A stretch of 64,000 nt of DNA from NCBI GenBank assembly GCA_040954595.2, contig CM082588.2:1417935-1481934 (forward strand), written 5' to 3'. The translations under genes were made by a program, and so were the position numbers. Position 1 is the stretch's first letter. Each line of letters starts with the position of its first letter. Origin of the DNA: Balanoglossus misakiensis. Lineage: Eukaryota > Animalia > Hemichordata. Below the pieces are notes generated by a model that made no database searches, was not told the origin of the DNA, and saw only the letters and a program-made list of their open reading frames with translations. Shown piece after piece: positions 39,501 to 52,900 of the stretch.

Positions 39501-42178
39501 TTTGCTGCTCTCCTGCTGTGGTGGTTGTGGCTTCATCAATGAAAACAGTCTGGGCATCTTTGGAGTGGCACCCGTACAAAGCACAGTGTTTGAACCAGTC
39601 GGAGATTTGGTGACAGTCTCCTTTGTTTCCAAGCTTCCACTGACCGGACTCTCGGAGATCATACTCAGGGCAGTCTGTCTTACCAAAGGTCTATTGGTGA
39701 CAGGATCTCTTTTATCCAAGCTCACTGGCATTTCATCCGATTGTCTTCTGTGTAGTCGCTCTCCTGAAGGGTTGAACTCTGGTTGTTCTGACACTACAGA
39801 TCTGCAGCTTTTTCTGTCGGCCTTGGAAGCATCATCCTTGCTTGGCCTGTTGATGATGGATTTTGTCCGCAGACGGTCAACGGTGCTCGGGGCTGAACCC
39901 AGGTTCTCTTTTGTGTGCTTTTCACTTCCATTGGTGCCTTCATTCCCCGAATTGGCAACACTGCTTCGGTGGGCCGTGTCTCTTTTGTCTTCTGGCCCAT
40001 CCACTTCATCCAGTGGTCTGACTCCATGCAGAATGTGATAGTCATCATCATCGTCGTCACTTGGTCCTATATGTTCCCGTACTTTAGGCAGGCTGGTCCT
40101 CTTTAACCTGACTGCTCCTCCAAATCTTTGTGAACTAAAAGAGAGAGAGAGAGACAGAAGGGTTATAAACAAAATACTGACTGTGGGAAACTACATGTAG
40201 ATAACACTCAGAAGGATTTGTAAAATTGACGCAACAGTTGACATACCTTCTAGGTACCCTGTGAGGGCCGACAGTAGCAGAGCTCAGGGATAGTTTGGTG
40301 TCCGGGGTAAACACGGAACCTCTGATGCTTTTGCTGGCACTCAGACTAACATGGTGGGCCTTTAAAAAGTATCCAAAAAAACATAACTATACTTTCAACT
40401 TTACTAATCATAAAAATACATTAGACAGAGAATCCTAAAGTTGAGCTGTGGCTAGTACCAGTAATCTCAATGAACCTTCCAATCCACCAGGAATTTTATT
40501 GTAATATGGACAATCTGTCATTATGTGTAGATGTGTAACTTACAAATTCTCTTCTGCATGATTCATTTTTCTGTGCTGTATTCGGAGCTTGTAGTGGTAT
40601 GGTGTCTTTATCAGCGCTTGTATTCCCATCTGATGTTGAAGACCTGGGTAGGGAGAAGTTTTTTTTTATTCTCGCTCAGAGTGAACAAAATTACACTACC
40701 GATTAGATGGTGCATGTAAGAAAGGTTATTCACTCGCTTGACTATTATTGCTTGCAAACCACTGTACACTCAGGAATGGTGACTTACCTGTTACTTGTTT
40801 TGAAGCTGACGGTACTATCCACTGACATGTGATGGTCAGTGTTGGCACCAGAGAATGATGACGATGTTCCGATCATGTCTTCTGAACTCTTACTGCTGTC
40901 ACTGCTGTTACTACCACTGCTAACACTGGCCAGCCAAGATCTCTGTCTGCTTTGACCGTACTCACTCATCTTGGAGGCTGAAACCCCAAAATACAGATGC
41001 AGTTAGCACAAATGTACTCTTCTGAAATAGGCAAATTGTCATACACATGACTGGTCATGAGTGTAAGTGAAACTATCGTATTATTTCTGTGGAATGCATA
41101 CATTACCTATTCTGATGCCATACTCTTCCTGATTGTAGAGTTCTTTTTCTCCTCTTATCAGCCTTTGCATTGCCTGGTTCAACAGATCCAGTGGTTCCGC
41201 CTTCATCTCTATGGCCTTTCTTAGGATGCTTTTACTCTTGAGAAAATTATCTGTATATGAGGGACACAATGAACATGATTCAGCTAAAAAGAAAACTGCA
41301 GCATTACAATTTTAAGCATTCGTAAGGAGACAACATTCATGCACTGAGGTTTAAGTCATTTCCCTCACCGTGTTGTAATTCAAACTGTGCAGCTGCAACA
41401 TGTATCAAGGCTATAGTTCTGAGATAAGCTCTGGCATACTGGAACTGCATCCTCCCATCTTCCACATCTTCCTCCCTGATGACAAATTATACTTGACATG
41501 TTTGAAATCTGTACGGCTAACTGGCAATATACCCAGCAATGTTGACAGATCACTAACTTGACTAAACAAGGAGATTTCATTGAAGTAGGTTATGGCACTC
41601 AGGAAAACTTACCCTTGTAGAAGAGCAAATCGTATTTGAATCTTGGCATAGGATAGATTCCTTTTATTCTCGTCCAGCGGCATCTGTTCAACAGCTCTGG
41701 TGTAAACACCGTACAGACTCTGGTAGCGTGTTTGTCTGTCCGGGTAGTTTCTTCTGAACTCCACATAATTCAAGTATTCAAGCCAGTTCTCTGGCTTGTT
41801 ACCAGATCCAATGATTTTACTGATCCAAGAAGTATGATCTGAAAATTGACAAGAGGCTTAAACATTATTCATAGGGCTTAGCTGCAGTTTTCCTGTTGTT
41901 GGGTGTTCATGAGATTTTGCCATCCAACTCCGGACACAACCTTGGCAAATACAATTAACAACTGTGTGTTTGACAGTACTTTCTTTAATAGTCCATACAA
42001 TGTATGCTAATCTAAGAAATTAATAATTACCTGTGCATGTGATGTCCAAAGTCAGTGTACCTGTATGGCTATGGCCTGTGTCATCTTTCTCCTTTTCTTG
42101 TTTTTCTTTTTCCTTTTGAATCCGCGAATCAATTCTTTGGAATCGCATCCGCAGTGATTCTAAACTTGATGTTGACAT
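36586..42178 (-). CDS. TTK: Dual-specificity spindle-checkpoint kinase TTK/Mps1, about 1148 aa
   Basis: 16 coding exons: 42031-42178, 41613-41838, 41369-41475, 41107-41250, 40788-40977, 40544-40643, 40247-40359, 39298-40125, 38968-39136, 38777-38875, 38461-38618, 38161-38321, 37798-38018, 37454-37627, 37081-37329, 36586-36945. N-terminal Mps1 TPR ([11 protein letters not shown]...[11 protein letters not shown]). Kinase motifs [59 protein letters not shown], then NSPNSI. Confidence 0.93.
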
Positions 42179-42556
42179 CTTTCCACAAGATGGCAACTGA
42201 AATCTCGACTGGGGGTGTTCATCCACTTGGCAGAATGTGGTTAGCTGGTATCCCAATTGGGGCTGCAAGCAAATAGGACATATTTATACCCTAGTTTCTC
42301 CAGTGCTGTGGATCTAAGTTTTCCCTGGAATATACAAGATCGTCCGCTCCAACACCGGGAACATCTTCAAACGATCTATGCCCTGTCCCCGCACACCCAC
42401 GTTACGTCTTACGTGCTGTAATGTAAGCCTACAGTATTGGTATGCAGTTTCAACAAAAGACGCAAAATCGAAGACAATTTGCGAATATAGAATAGCTTCA
42501 GCGTAAAGCAATCTAATATTCTTAGGACAAGATCAACAAAAAGACGACAATCTTAC

Positions 42557-42625
42557 CTAGGAATATACGTTTTCAGTTACGCAGAATTGAAACCGGTTCA
42601 TCAACAACAACATCGGCCATTTTAT
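42557..42625 (-). other. TTK: Probable non-coding first exon (5'UTR) of TTK
   Basis: Strong donor CTAG|gtaaga at 42557/42556, and acceptor ttgcag| at 42263/42262 upstream of ATG 42178. It lies directly downstream of the promoter motif cluster. The 5' boundary is approximate. Confidence 0.6.
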
Positions 42626-42716
42626 TTTGAATCTCCTGCCATAGAGTCACGTGATCGAATACCAAATAGTTGATTGGTTGTGCGGGCGCATAACGTCATT
42701 GTACTGGTGGCGCTAT
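42626..42716 (-). promoter_or_regulatory. TTK core promoter: CHR (TTTGAA 42626-42631), E-box CACGTG (42648-42653), CCAAT box (ATTGG 42673-42677), CTCF-like site (42701-42716)
   Basis: The motifs are read directly from the sequence. CHR plus CCAAT is the known architecture of G2/M cell-cycle gene promoters. Confidence 0.55.
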
Positions 42717-42796
42717 TCATGAGTTTAGCTGACCCCTGACCCTGAAATGAACCGGTGTTTTTCTTTCGTTTTTTCCCCATGACCCATTGTTCTCCC

Positions 42797-42843
42797 TTGT
42801 AAGAAACGTATAAGAAACTTGTAAGAAACTTACAAGAAACTTA
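42797..42843. repeat. 11-bp tandem repeat (TTGTAAGAAAC-like, x4)
   Basis: ttgtaagaaac gtataagaaac ttgtaagaaac ttacaagaaac. Confidence 0.8.
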
Positions 42844-45800
42844 TATTATAGCTAAATTACAACCCACTGATTTCCCAAATTCACTAAGAAAACAAGCAGT
42901 GTTTCATAGTATACCACAAGGGAGAAAAAACAACCAAGATATTGACATTGGTGTAAGACATAACTTTAATTAATATAAGAGGAACAAATACAATTATATC
43001 AATGTTTTACATGGTTGTCAAACTGCAGCATAATACATCACCACACACTATGTGAGGAAATAAACAATAAACAACCAACTGTACAATTCAGATATACAAG
43101 AACAACTTACAAGTCAAATTTTACATGATAAAATAGGAACGAAGTGAAAGCTTGTTTTTCATTGGTCAGCGGTTTTGAACTATATTTAAATTCACCTGCT
43201 AATTGGCCAACCAAGTATTAAAGGCAATTTCTTTTTTTAATTCAACAACATGATATATCAAGGTCCCATCTTTTTCTTTGTGTGCAAATTCTTAATATTA
43301 CTTCACAATCAAAGGTATCTCTCCGATTTGTCTGTTTCAAAAAATGTTACTGTCTGCCCCCACCCCAATAATCACAGCAAACTTCACATCTTGCAATGAT
43401 TGTCACACAGTGTGAGGCTAAACATCCACAGTTTCTAGGCATAATTTTCTACTAAGTTCACCTCACAAATGTTGCCTTCTGTTTCACCAACCACAGCACA
43501 GAATGACAGCGTGCATGTGGCATCATTGGACCATGCCAAAAGAAACCCTTGAAACTATAACATCAGTTGGCTGTGTGACTTCTCCTCAGGTCAATACTAC
43601 AAGTTATTGCCCTCTTGTTGTGTCACAGCAGAGTTGTATGTTGTTTTATTGCCTTGACAGCCTGCTTAGAGATATACTACTGCAGGGGTAACAAGAGATA
43701 TTTGCCCTGATGTTTGGTCTTTTGTAAAGTAATACTGTAGTATTTCAGTGATACCTTGGCCAGATGTACTGCTGGCCTCAAGACAGCTGCATGGTTAAAA
43801 GTCACAATGATATTATTATTGCCCTGATATTTTGTCAGCTATAAAGACTACAGGACCATAAGATTTAATACCCTGGAAATTCTGTTAGCTGGACACTCCT
43901 TCCAGGGTTATCCCTGATATTTTGTCTCTTTTTAAAACGTCTTACAAGATGATAAGGGGTTATAATCATGAGTACTGTTATTTTTGTCAGCTGCATAACA
44001 AACACAGGGTTATATTAATATTGTATTATTGCCCTGATATTAGGTCAGGTTTAAATTCTTGGACAGCAAGACAGTCATTTAGACAATATTACCAGGAACA
44101 GTTACCCCTTTACAAATCAACTTTTTTTGCTGGAGAGAAAATTTTCTTGCAAAATGTCATTTTCTACAAAAAACTTATCTTTGGAATCTGACATGTGACA
44201 ATGTTATTGTTAACATAGCTACTTTTTTTCTACAAAAATATTCTAAAAAAACAACAACCATATGTCGAAAAATGTTTTGAATTTTCTCAATAACAATTGG
44301 ACAAAATTGACAGCATGGAAAATAAATTCTGCTCTTTGAAAATCTTGGAACCAGAACCTGGACAAATAATACAGAGATGGGTCCTTCTGTTAAAAAAAAT
44401 AACATGCACTTTTTTCTAATTTTAGAGGAATTTAATCCTGTACATTATACTACGCCTTCCTGGCTAGGCTGCTGATTCAAAATCTATAATAAAATAGTCT
44501 TGGACTTGTTCGCCACACTGCATGGAAAATCAGCCACCCCAAAATAAGCAATTCGCCCCACTATAGATTAATCAGATGTACAATACAAAATGGCTATTAT
44601 AAAAAGCCCTACAGGAAATAATGAAAGTTTGAAATGACGGAACTCAGTTAACAATCTGTGACTAGTCACTTGTGATAATTATTTCTGTAGGAATGTAAAT
44701 TGCTAATTTTATTGGAGCAGACAAAACAAAGAGGGAGGAAAAATAGTATCCATCATTCGTGGAGAATTGCTTTCTGGCAGAGCATCTGGACCCATTTTGT
44801 CATCGCAAACATTTGAATCAAATTCTTGTGGTGAAGGAGTTTAAAGACACCACTGAAATATTGCGGTCAAAATCATTGATCCAAAGAAAGAGGACACAAA
44901 ATTTTCGTGAAATACAGGAAAACGATAATAAACCCTTTCCTCCCTGTTTGTCTTTGTGAAAAGTCAACCACAATTATTATATTCACACAACTTCAGCAAC
45001 TGAAGAGAGAGACTACTTATACAATGTTTACAGGGAAATTGTTTCACAGACAGAAAGTCATTTCACTTTACAAATACATACAGTGTTTTTTTTTTATAAA
45101 TCTTAAAATTTCTAACACCAAGATGATGATAATATACATGTAGATTTCTAGAAAACCACCAATTTCTTGGACATAATGAAGGTACTCCATGATGATCAGG
45201 AATTGTACATGTAATGATGTCATGATTTTGCTGAGCTTTCACATGAATACTTGGTACCTTAAATAGTATTTTTTTCGTATGCCAAGGGCTCAAAATGGGT
45301 AAAAAAATGTGACGTTGACATTACAACCATAATGTGACATGTAGGTCACAACGAACCTAACAAATACCTACATTCCATAATCAGCCTTTGTGACGAGTTC
45401 AAAAAACATCATTTTTTGCTTTTTCTTTTTATTAGAAGCACTTTAGAATAGACTGCTCATAACACTAGCAATCTATTGTTTTCTTTCCAAAAAAACTCTT
45501 TTTATAAATAATATATATTTTGCTATGCATTAGAATGTGCAAACTGATATGACGTAGGAAAATCATGGCCCACTAAGTTTGAAAGTTCTTATCAAATAAA
45601 CTCAAAATTACACACCCAATCTTTACGGTGAAAGGCAAAGAAAGAAATATGAATTTGATTCATTTTTTTAAATGCTGGGACTTTAACGGATCTTGTATGA
45701 CGGCACAGATTCTTAGTTAGGTGTGAGAACTCATTTTTGAAGGTGTATAGTTAATACTGCTTACAAAATGTAAACTGGATTTGGAGGCCTTGCAAAGAAG

Positions 45801-46939
45801 ACAGATTTAGGATCGTTCAGTTGCAAATATCATTCACTGATTCCAGGTCTGTTGTGTGTGTGTGTGTAAAAAATCCCTGCACTACACAGTTGGAATGTAA
45901 TGACAGGCATTTCACAAACAGCATGAGAGATGCAATGCCATTGATTGAAAATATCCCGAACTCTGATGTGTGGCCTCTGTTCGGCCAATCAGTGACTGGA
46001 TAACAAGTTTACAAAATGTGTATAAAGACCTGATGGACATGTCTGTCGAATACTACAAAACACCAGTCTATGTTCGACTGACGCATTGCATAAAGTTGAT
46101 AGCACAGGATGGAACCTGTGGACACAAAGCACAAAAATTTCTGCCTCCACAAAAACATACCTTCCATCGTTTTGAGATTACTCATACACCTGATATTGGC
46201 TGTGATGATGAATCTAAAAACATCACAGATTTTGAAATTGGACAACTTGGAGTAGGTAATATAAAACTGAAACTAAATGTTGATTTAATGACGGAGTCTG
46301 TGATTTGATGAGGAGAGTTGCTCCAGGCCTTTAGAAGGAGACACAAGAGTTGTTCTTTGAATGATAAATGTAAAATGCTTGATTCCAGATTTTTACAAAA
46401 ATAAGCACCATATGCATCTTGGAATGTGCTAATTATTGTATAAAATGCTGTGGTCCTGTTTCCCATGGCAACTGATGAACTCTCCACTGGTCTAGCACCA
46501 TCTGTTGTTTGTTGGTTGGTTGGTTGGTTGGAAATAGATGCAGTTGTAAGATCTGATCAGAGGTCTATTAATTCTGTTCTTGTCTATAATATCACATCTC
46601 GTTTCTAGATCAAGAGTGTGTGATTCAAAGTACTGATCAAAGTAGAAAGTAAAACCAGTGAAATAGTTCAACCACAGGGAACCAGGCCACCTAACATTAC
46701 AGTACTGTTTGAATAGTCTCCATGATTTTCTTAGATTAACAAATCCTTCAAACTTATCTTTGAATTCAGACCCAAGCCATGAATTTTGTCCCGTAATATC
46801 CCATTGTCATGTGATACCCCTCCATCCCACCCTCCCCACCCCCTCCCATTCCCTTTGAGTTCAATAGGCTGCCAAGCCCTTCATATCACTCGAGTTTATG
46901 TACAGACTGGTTCCACTTCTTCTCGGGGGTGTCCAGGGT

Positions 46940-49900
46940 CTATGAAGACTGTGAAGTCAGCTGCAGTATGTATCCACACACCAGTAATTTACACTGAAAA
47001 TAAGAAGACATGGAAAATTGTTTTCTTGCTTTGTTTGAAAGGTTAGCAGAAGAGACACTTGGAAACAATAGGATCTAACCACACTGAGGTGGTTAAAGAA
47101 TGAAAGAGTTGACATACCGTTGAATGGAGGGTTTGGACAGTCTTGATATGTAGCAAGTTCAGATTGGGTTTAGTGCACAGAGATATCACAAAATTGGATC
47201 CCTGTGGAAGAGAATCAAACATGAACATTGTCAGCATACTTACTCTAAGTCTGAGAACATTACAAAAGAAACTGGAGTTGGTGGTTATTACTTGTTGTAT
47301 CAGGTTTTTCGAAATTTTAAGACACAGTGTGGATACTCACGTGTACAACCTGTTGTTGTGGCATGTTGTTCAGGAGGACCTCCTTGATACAACAAGGACC
47401 AGTCAGTTTGCAGTTGATGTTCTGACCGTAGAAGCCACAGTGAATCAGAAACAAGAGTGTCCCCACACCTGTCAGTGAAAGACAAACGATAGGCATGAAT
47501 TCTGGCAGCCATTTCACTATTGAACGCAGTCTAATACATGTAATAATATAGCAGTGAGTGATACAATCAACATCCCCAGTGTTCAGCCATGTTGGATCTT
47601 TTACCTTGCTGTTGAAGTATCTGTGGTGATTTGATGGAGAACGTGACAGTCTGATCCGTAGACTCGCAGATTGGAAATATCCTTGTTGGAAAGAGCGGTT
47701 TGAGAATCCGTGCACATCCAGCCAGATAACGCAGCACTGTGCCCTCCACAGCTTTGTTGATCCTACAGACATGGAAATATATGTGTTTGATGGCACTGGC
47801 ATAACAGCACTGGAAATATCATGTTTGTCAAGATGTAGCAAGCATAGTCTAGAATCTATTCCTGTAGTGTATATTTCCTTACCTGCTGTTGTGAGCACTG
47901 AGTACATCAGTTACCGGCAACTGGTTGTACAGTTTAGCATACTGATGTGCTGTATTGCCGTGGGTTGAAACAATGCTTGGGTCGGAGCCATTCTCCAGCA
48001 ACAGCCGCACGATGACCTTATGACCTTTCTTACATGCCTGTTGGAGGAAAGAATGCACAAACTACCATTAGTAACACTTTGAATTCAGCATTTTCTGTAA
48101 ACCCTATAATACTTGGATGATAGAGGCTTGACTAGTAATGAAAGCATTTAGCTAATACGTACCTTCATTAATGCAGTTTCACCTGTTGATTGTTGTTGAT
48201 TGACGTGAGCACCAGCTTCTAAAAGGATTGCCACTGTGCTGGTGTAGCCCTGCAAATGTAAAATCAGTGAGGGATTATGACACGAACAGTCGTGAGTGGT
48301 CGGAAACCTCAATCTGACTCAAAACCCTAACTTCAAAACAATCAGACTGCCTGGACACTCAGAGTGCTCCAAAATAACAACTTTGAATTGAAAACATGTG
48401 AGAGAAAAAACTATTGGTAGAGATTCTTACATTCTCTGATGCTATCATGAGAGCAGTAGTGCCGTTTTTCTGTTTTGAATTGACAGAGCCTCCATTGGTA
48501 ACCATTAGCTTCAACACTTCATCGTGTTGACCTGTGCATGCAGTCATCACCAACGTCAGTCCGGAGGAGTCCGTCTCGTTGATGTTGTACTGTCTCTTAC
48601 TGTTGAGGGCATGCTTCACAAGCACGTAATTGCCATCTTTCACCGCCTGGCGAAACATTTCTGAAACACGGAAAAGATAAATGTTTTTATCAGCCACAGA
48701 AGTGTACCGGTAGTTTGATTAATGAGAAATTAAAAACTCTGTGTTGACAGGTGACCAAGTCAGTGAAGTTGCTAGGCAATGGCTGGCTCTATATGTGTTT
48801 ACCTTGCGTGACCTCATTGGGCAGGTCAAGTTCTGGTTCAATGTTATCATTCGGATCATATTCATCCAAATCAAACTCCATCAAGGAACCGCTGTCTGAA
48901 AAAGAAAAATAGACAAACATAGCATATGTGGTTTGTTATCTAACATTGTCATCTGCCAGACAACGGCCGATGGGCTAATTTTGCCCACAGTCAAATCAAA
49001 TGTTCTTGGTTACTGCAAAAACGCTGTGTAAATATAACTGTGGGCCTATCAGTATAAAAACAGTGATATACAAGACTGCAACTGGATGTATATAATCCAT
49101 TATAATTAAGGCTTAACTTCTCTGGAATATTCAGTGACCCAAAACACTGTCAGCTGTTGCTACATCCACACCAGCTTGTACTGTGATGGAACTCTGGGTT
49201 GTGTCGAGAACAATGCTTGAAAATTGACACATCCACACACAGTAAAATTATATTCGTCAATTTGCTGGGCAGTTTTATGTAAATGTTTGAATGCTGTCAC
49301 TGTATATACAGCAGCAGTGAGATGACAACATGATAATTTGTCTAATGTTAGAATGAAATAAATTTTTCAGTTTCCTATTTACATGTTTGGATCGTGATGT
49401 GCAAATGTGGGCTGTATAGATCTTATAATCTGCAAGCTGGTCGGCCAGCCATTAGAATAAACAGAAAACAACTCACCAATATCGCTATCGTTTGAAGCCA
49501 GTGAAGATTTCACTCCATTATCTTTGTTCTGATTGGTGTCTGCCCTCAGATCAAATCCCTCACTCCGTCTACCGTAGGCAGAAGTCTTTTTTAACGCACT
49601 TTTAAGTTTCCTCTCCGACTTGTCTGACTTTGCCTTCCCGTCGCTTCCCTTATCATTTCTTTGCTGATCTGTGTCTCCTGATCTGGATTTGTCGGTGGAG
49701 GTGTATTCTGCAGGTTGGATTGGACTCTCTGCTTGTTTTTCAGTTGCCTGGGTACCTTCATACCCAGATATCAGTCTCTCTTCTTTAATACTGCTTACTT
49801 TTGATGGTAGTACTGTTTCTTTGCGAGCAGTCGACTCTTCCACGCCTCGTTCTCTGTTTACAGTCGAAGCATCGCGGACATGGCTGTGTTCAGTTTTCAC

Positions 49901-52900
49901 AAACACAGAGTCAGTGTCCATTTCATTGTCTTCAGTCTTGATCAGCTGCTTTGAGATTCTCTGCTCGCGAAGTGCACTCGCATCAGAGAGTCTGCTTAAC
50001 AAGGTGTCCTCCTCTGATTGGCTGGTTTCTGTCTGCTCTGGTCTCTCATTGGTGGCATCCCCAGGTGGTCTGGAACTGCAAGAGCTGCCATCCTGTAGTG
50101 TAATGAGTAGACAGAATTACAACTCCATTCCAGTACCTTTCTGGTAAAGCTCAGTTAGTTGTTAATTTTTGCTACATTTTCAGCATTTCTGTTTTCTGTA
50201 AAATAACACTAGCCTATCATTGGAAATATAAAATACATTTGCATAATTTTTACAGCAAGCACAAACTAGACTCTATTCATTAGCACAGCACAGCCTGCAA
50301 CAGAATCAGGTCTCGAAATCCCAGCTAGACTAAATGGCACACACTTACAAAAAAACTTGTCTGCTTGTCATCATTCTTCAAACTCAGACCCAGGAAGGAA
50401 TCATTCTCTTCATCATCATCAGTGCTGCTTATCAAGCTGGAGGAATGAAACCTTTCCAGCTTTGCCACCGTGACAACCTCCTCAGCTGCTGAGTACGAAC
50501 CCGACGACCCACTGCCAAAACCGCTCTGAAACAGCGACACGTTGCGACTGGCGTCCGGACTGTGCAGGTTCATATCCAGAGCTCTGTTGGTGGCACTTTC
50601 TAGCGTCTCGAACGCATCAAAGGAAGGAGGCGTTTTTTTCTTCACTTTCTTTTTCCTTTTGGACTTGGGGGAGCCGTCTTCCCGTTTCTGTTGACGTCGC
50701 TGAGATGCCCTCTTGGCGTTCTCCATCTTCTTTTGTCGCTCTTTCTCCCTCTGTTGCTTCTTGGCTTCCAGAGCTGCCCTTCGACCTTTGACCTTTGAAT
50801 ACATATCCCCTTCAAAGTTCAGCACACCCCTTTCCAGATCTCTCCAGAAGGTGTCTTTCAGCGTGTCGGGTTCTGAGTCATCTTTCTCTTCTGTCTTGAT
50901 AGACTCCTCAGTCTTGACCTCCACTTTCACTTCACTGCAGACCTCGCTCTCGCTGACATCTGCATCCAACTTCTTCTCCGGTGAATCTTGAGATGAAACA
51001 CTGGCGTCAGTCTGACTCTCTGTTTCGTCCGATGATTTCTGAAACAATGGTATATTTCCAATAAGTGCCAGGGCTACATTGTATAATATTTTATGGCTCT
51101 CAAAGTCTAGACACTACTATTTTTGCAAAAAGGGCTTTATATATGTACCCAATAAAAATAAGTCTGTGTAAACCCATGTCCCTCTGCCAACAGTCAAAAA
51201 CGAGGTTGTTTATGGTTTGATGGGTGACCTATCGCAATACAAACAACAGTACGAGTGTACAGAGCATGGACGGACAAGTACTTTTTTGTATGGTTGAACG
51301 CCTGACCTGTGCCACGTTGTTATTTATTCATACGTGGATTTATCAAACCTATTCGTGGCTTGAAAGTGCCATTCACCAATCATCTACAAACAATCCAACG
51401 TGCCTATAGAACATAGACAGGCAGGTAAAACTAGTGCAAGGTTGAATCCTTCAACTATGAACTTTATAAATATAGCCCTGTGTGCACAAGGTGACTTTGT
51501 CTGCATTTTAGATAATGTCACCTACGAAATATTACCTGCCAGATTACAACATGTACTTTGTTGTAGCTCCAACAATGCAAGCTGTTGCACAGACGTCTCC
51601 TGTGACCGACGCAAACACACCACTCACGCTGGCAATCATTAAAACTGGCCTCTTTGACGTGACGCAATATGTACAACACAGCTAGCATATGTTATTTAAG
51701 CCAGTGCTTGCTTGACTCTGTGCTGAGGGATAGCCGGAAAAGGGTGTATTGTTCGTTACGTTGTGTTTGCTTTTTGCCATTGCTGTCATAAATCATAAAT
51801 TTATACTATCAAATATTTATTTTTCGGGGGACAACTGCCCTATTTCACACGCTTGCATGCAACTCATGAAAACGTCATTTGTAGATCATGTATACATGTA
51901 CAGTCTGTATACACTATGCTTCTAGACAACACAATGTAGACTCAATGCTTCTTGGTTTCAAATTTATTTCTGCTTAAGGTTTACCAAGACAGTCATTTGG
52001 CCTTTGGGTCATTTAATACATGTATTTCAATACTGCCTCTACGTCATATGTTAAATCATTAATAATTATTAATGAAGAGAGGCTACCGGTATAAGACACG
52101 CATAATAATATACCTGTTTATCTTTGGTTTCCAGTTCTATTTCTATTTAAAGTAGATGTCAGTATAAATTATAACCATCCACCCAAAAAATAAATTAGTT
52201 TTGTTATCAATGACCATGCAGCAATATTTATGTAAATGATTATGAACAAAAAATGATTAAGTATACTTATGAGATCAGAAACATGAGCTGATCATTCATG
52301 AATAATATGCACTCGATCCAAACAGAAGAATTTCATTATTGTCAATTTCCAGAAAGGAATTAGTGAGCCAGTGATATGTCGTATTGAATGAATGATGACC
52401 TTGTATAATGTAAATAACCGGCATTTCAAATAATGACCTTGCAGAGCATATACATGTGTTGTGCGCCCACACAGACTGTACACGTACACTGCTATGCTAA
52501 CCTAGACTAGCCCTGCAGGCATGCAGTATGGTATGAATTTAGGTTTGATTTCTGTACAGTCTTGTGTGCAGGTACGTACATTGAAACCAAAAGTTTCCAG
52601 TTTGGAATTCATCTTATGTGTACATGAAAACGAATAGGCCCAGGGGTCAAGGTAACAATCTTTCCTGAGAGTTGTCACAGGTAAACAGACCATTCAAAAC
52701 CCAGACACGGATAAGAAAAATATTAGGATCACTCCTGTAGGATATATTATAATTCTAAATTGCAAATTTCTGTGCTGATACCTGGCTGATGCAACGTCAG
52801 GCGATCACGGGTCAGCTTGACCCACAACCTTGTTCTATCAAACGTTAACATGCCATCATGTGATATCAATAGCACACACATAGACAGCATCCGACTGAAA

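Noticed and set aside
43600-44050. CRISPR-like repeat-spacer look
   Set aside because: The repeats are degenerate and irregularly spaced, the context is eukaryotic and there are no cas genes.
47317-47907. 196-aa ORF as an independent gene
   Set aside because: It is a read-through of MPP8 introns and exons. Its C-terminal part is MPP8 exon 47341-47468.
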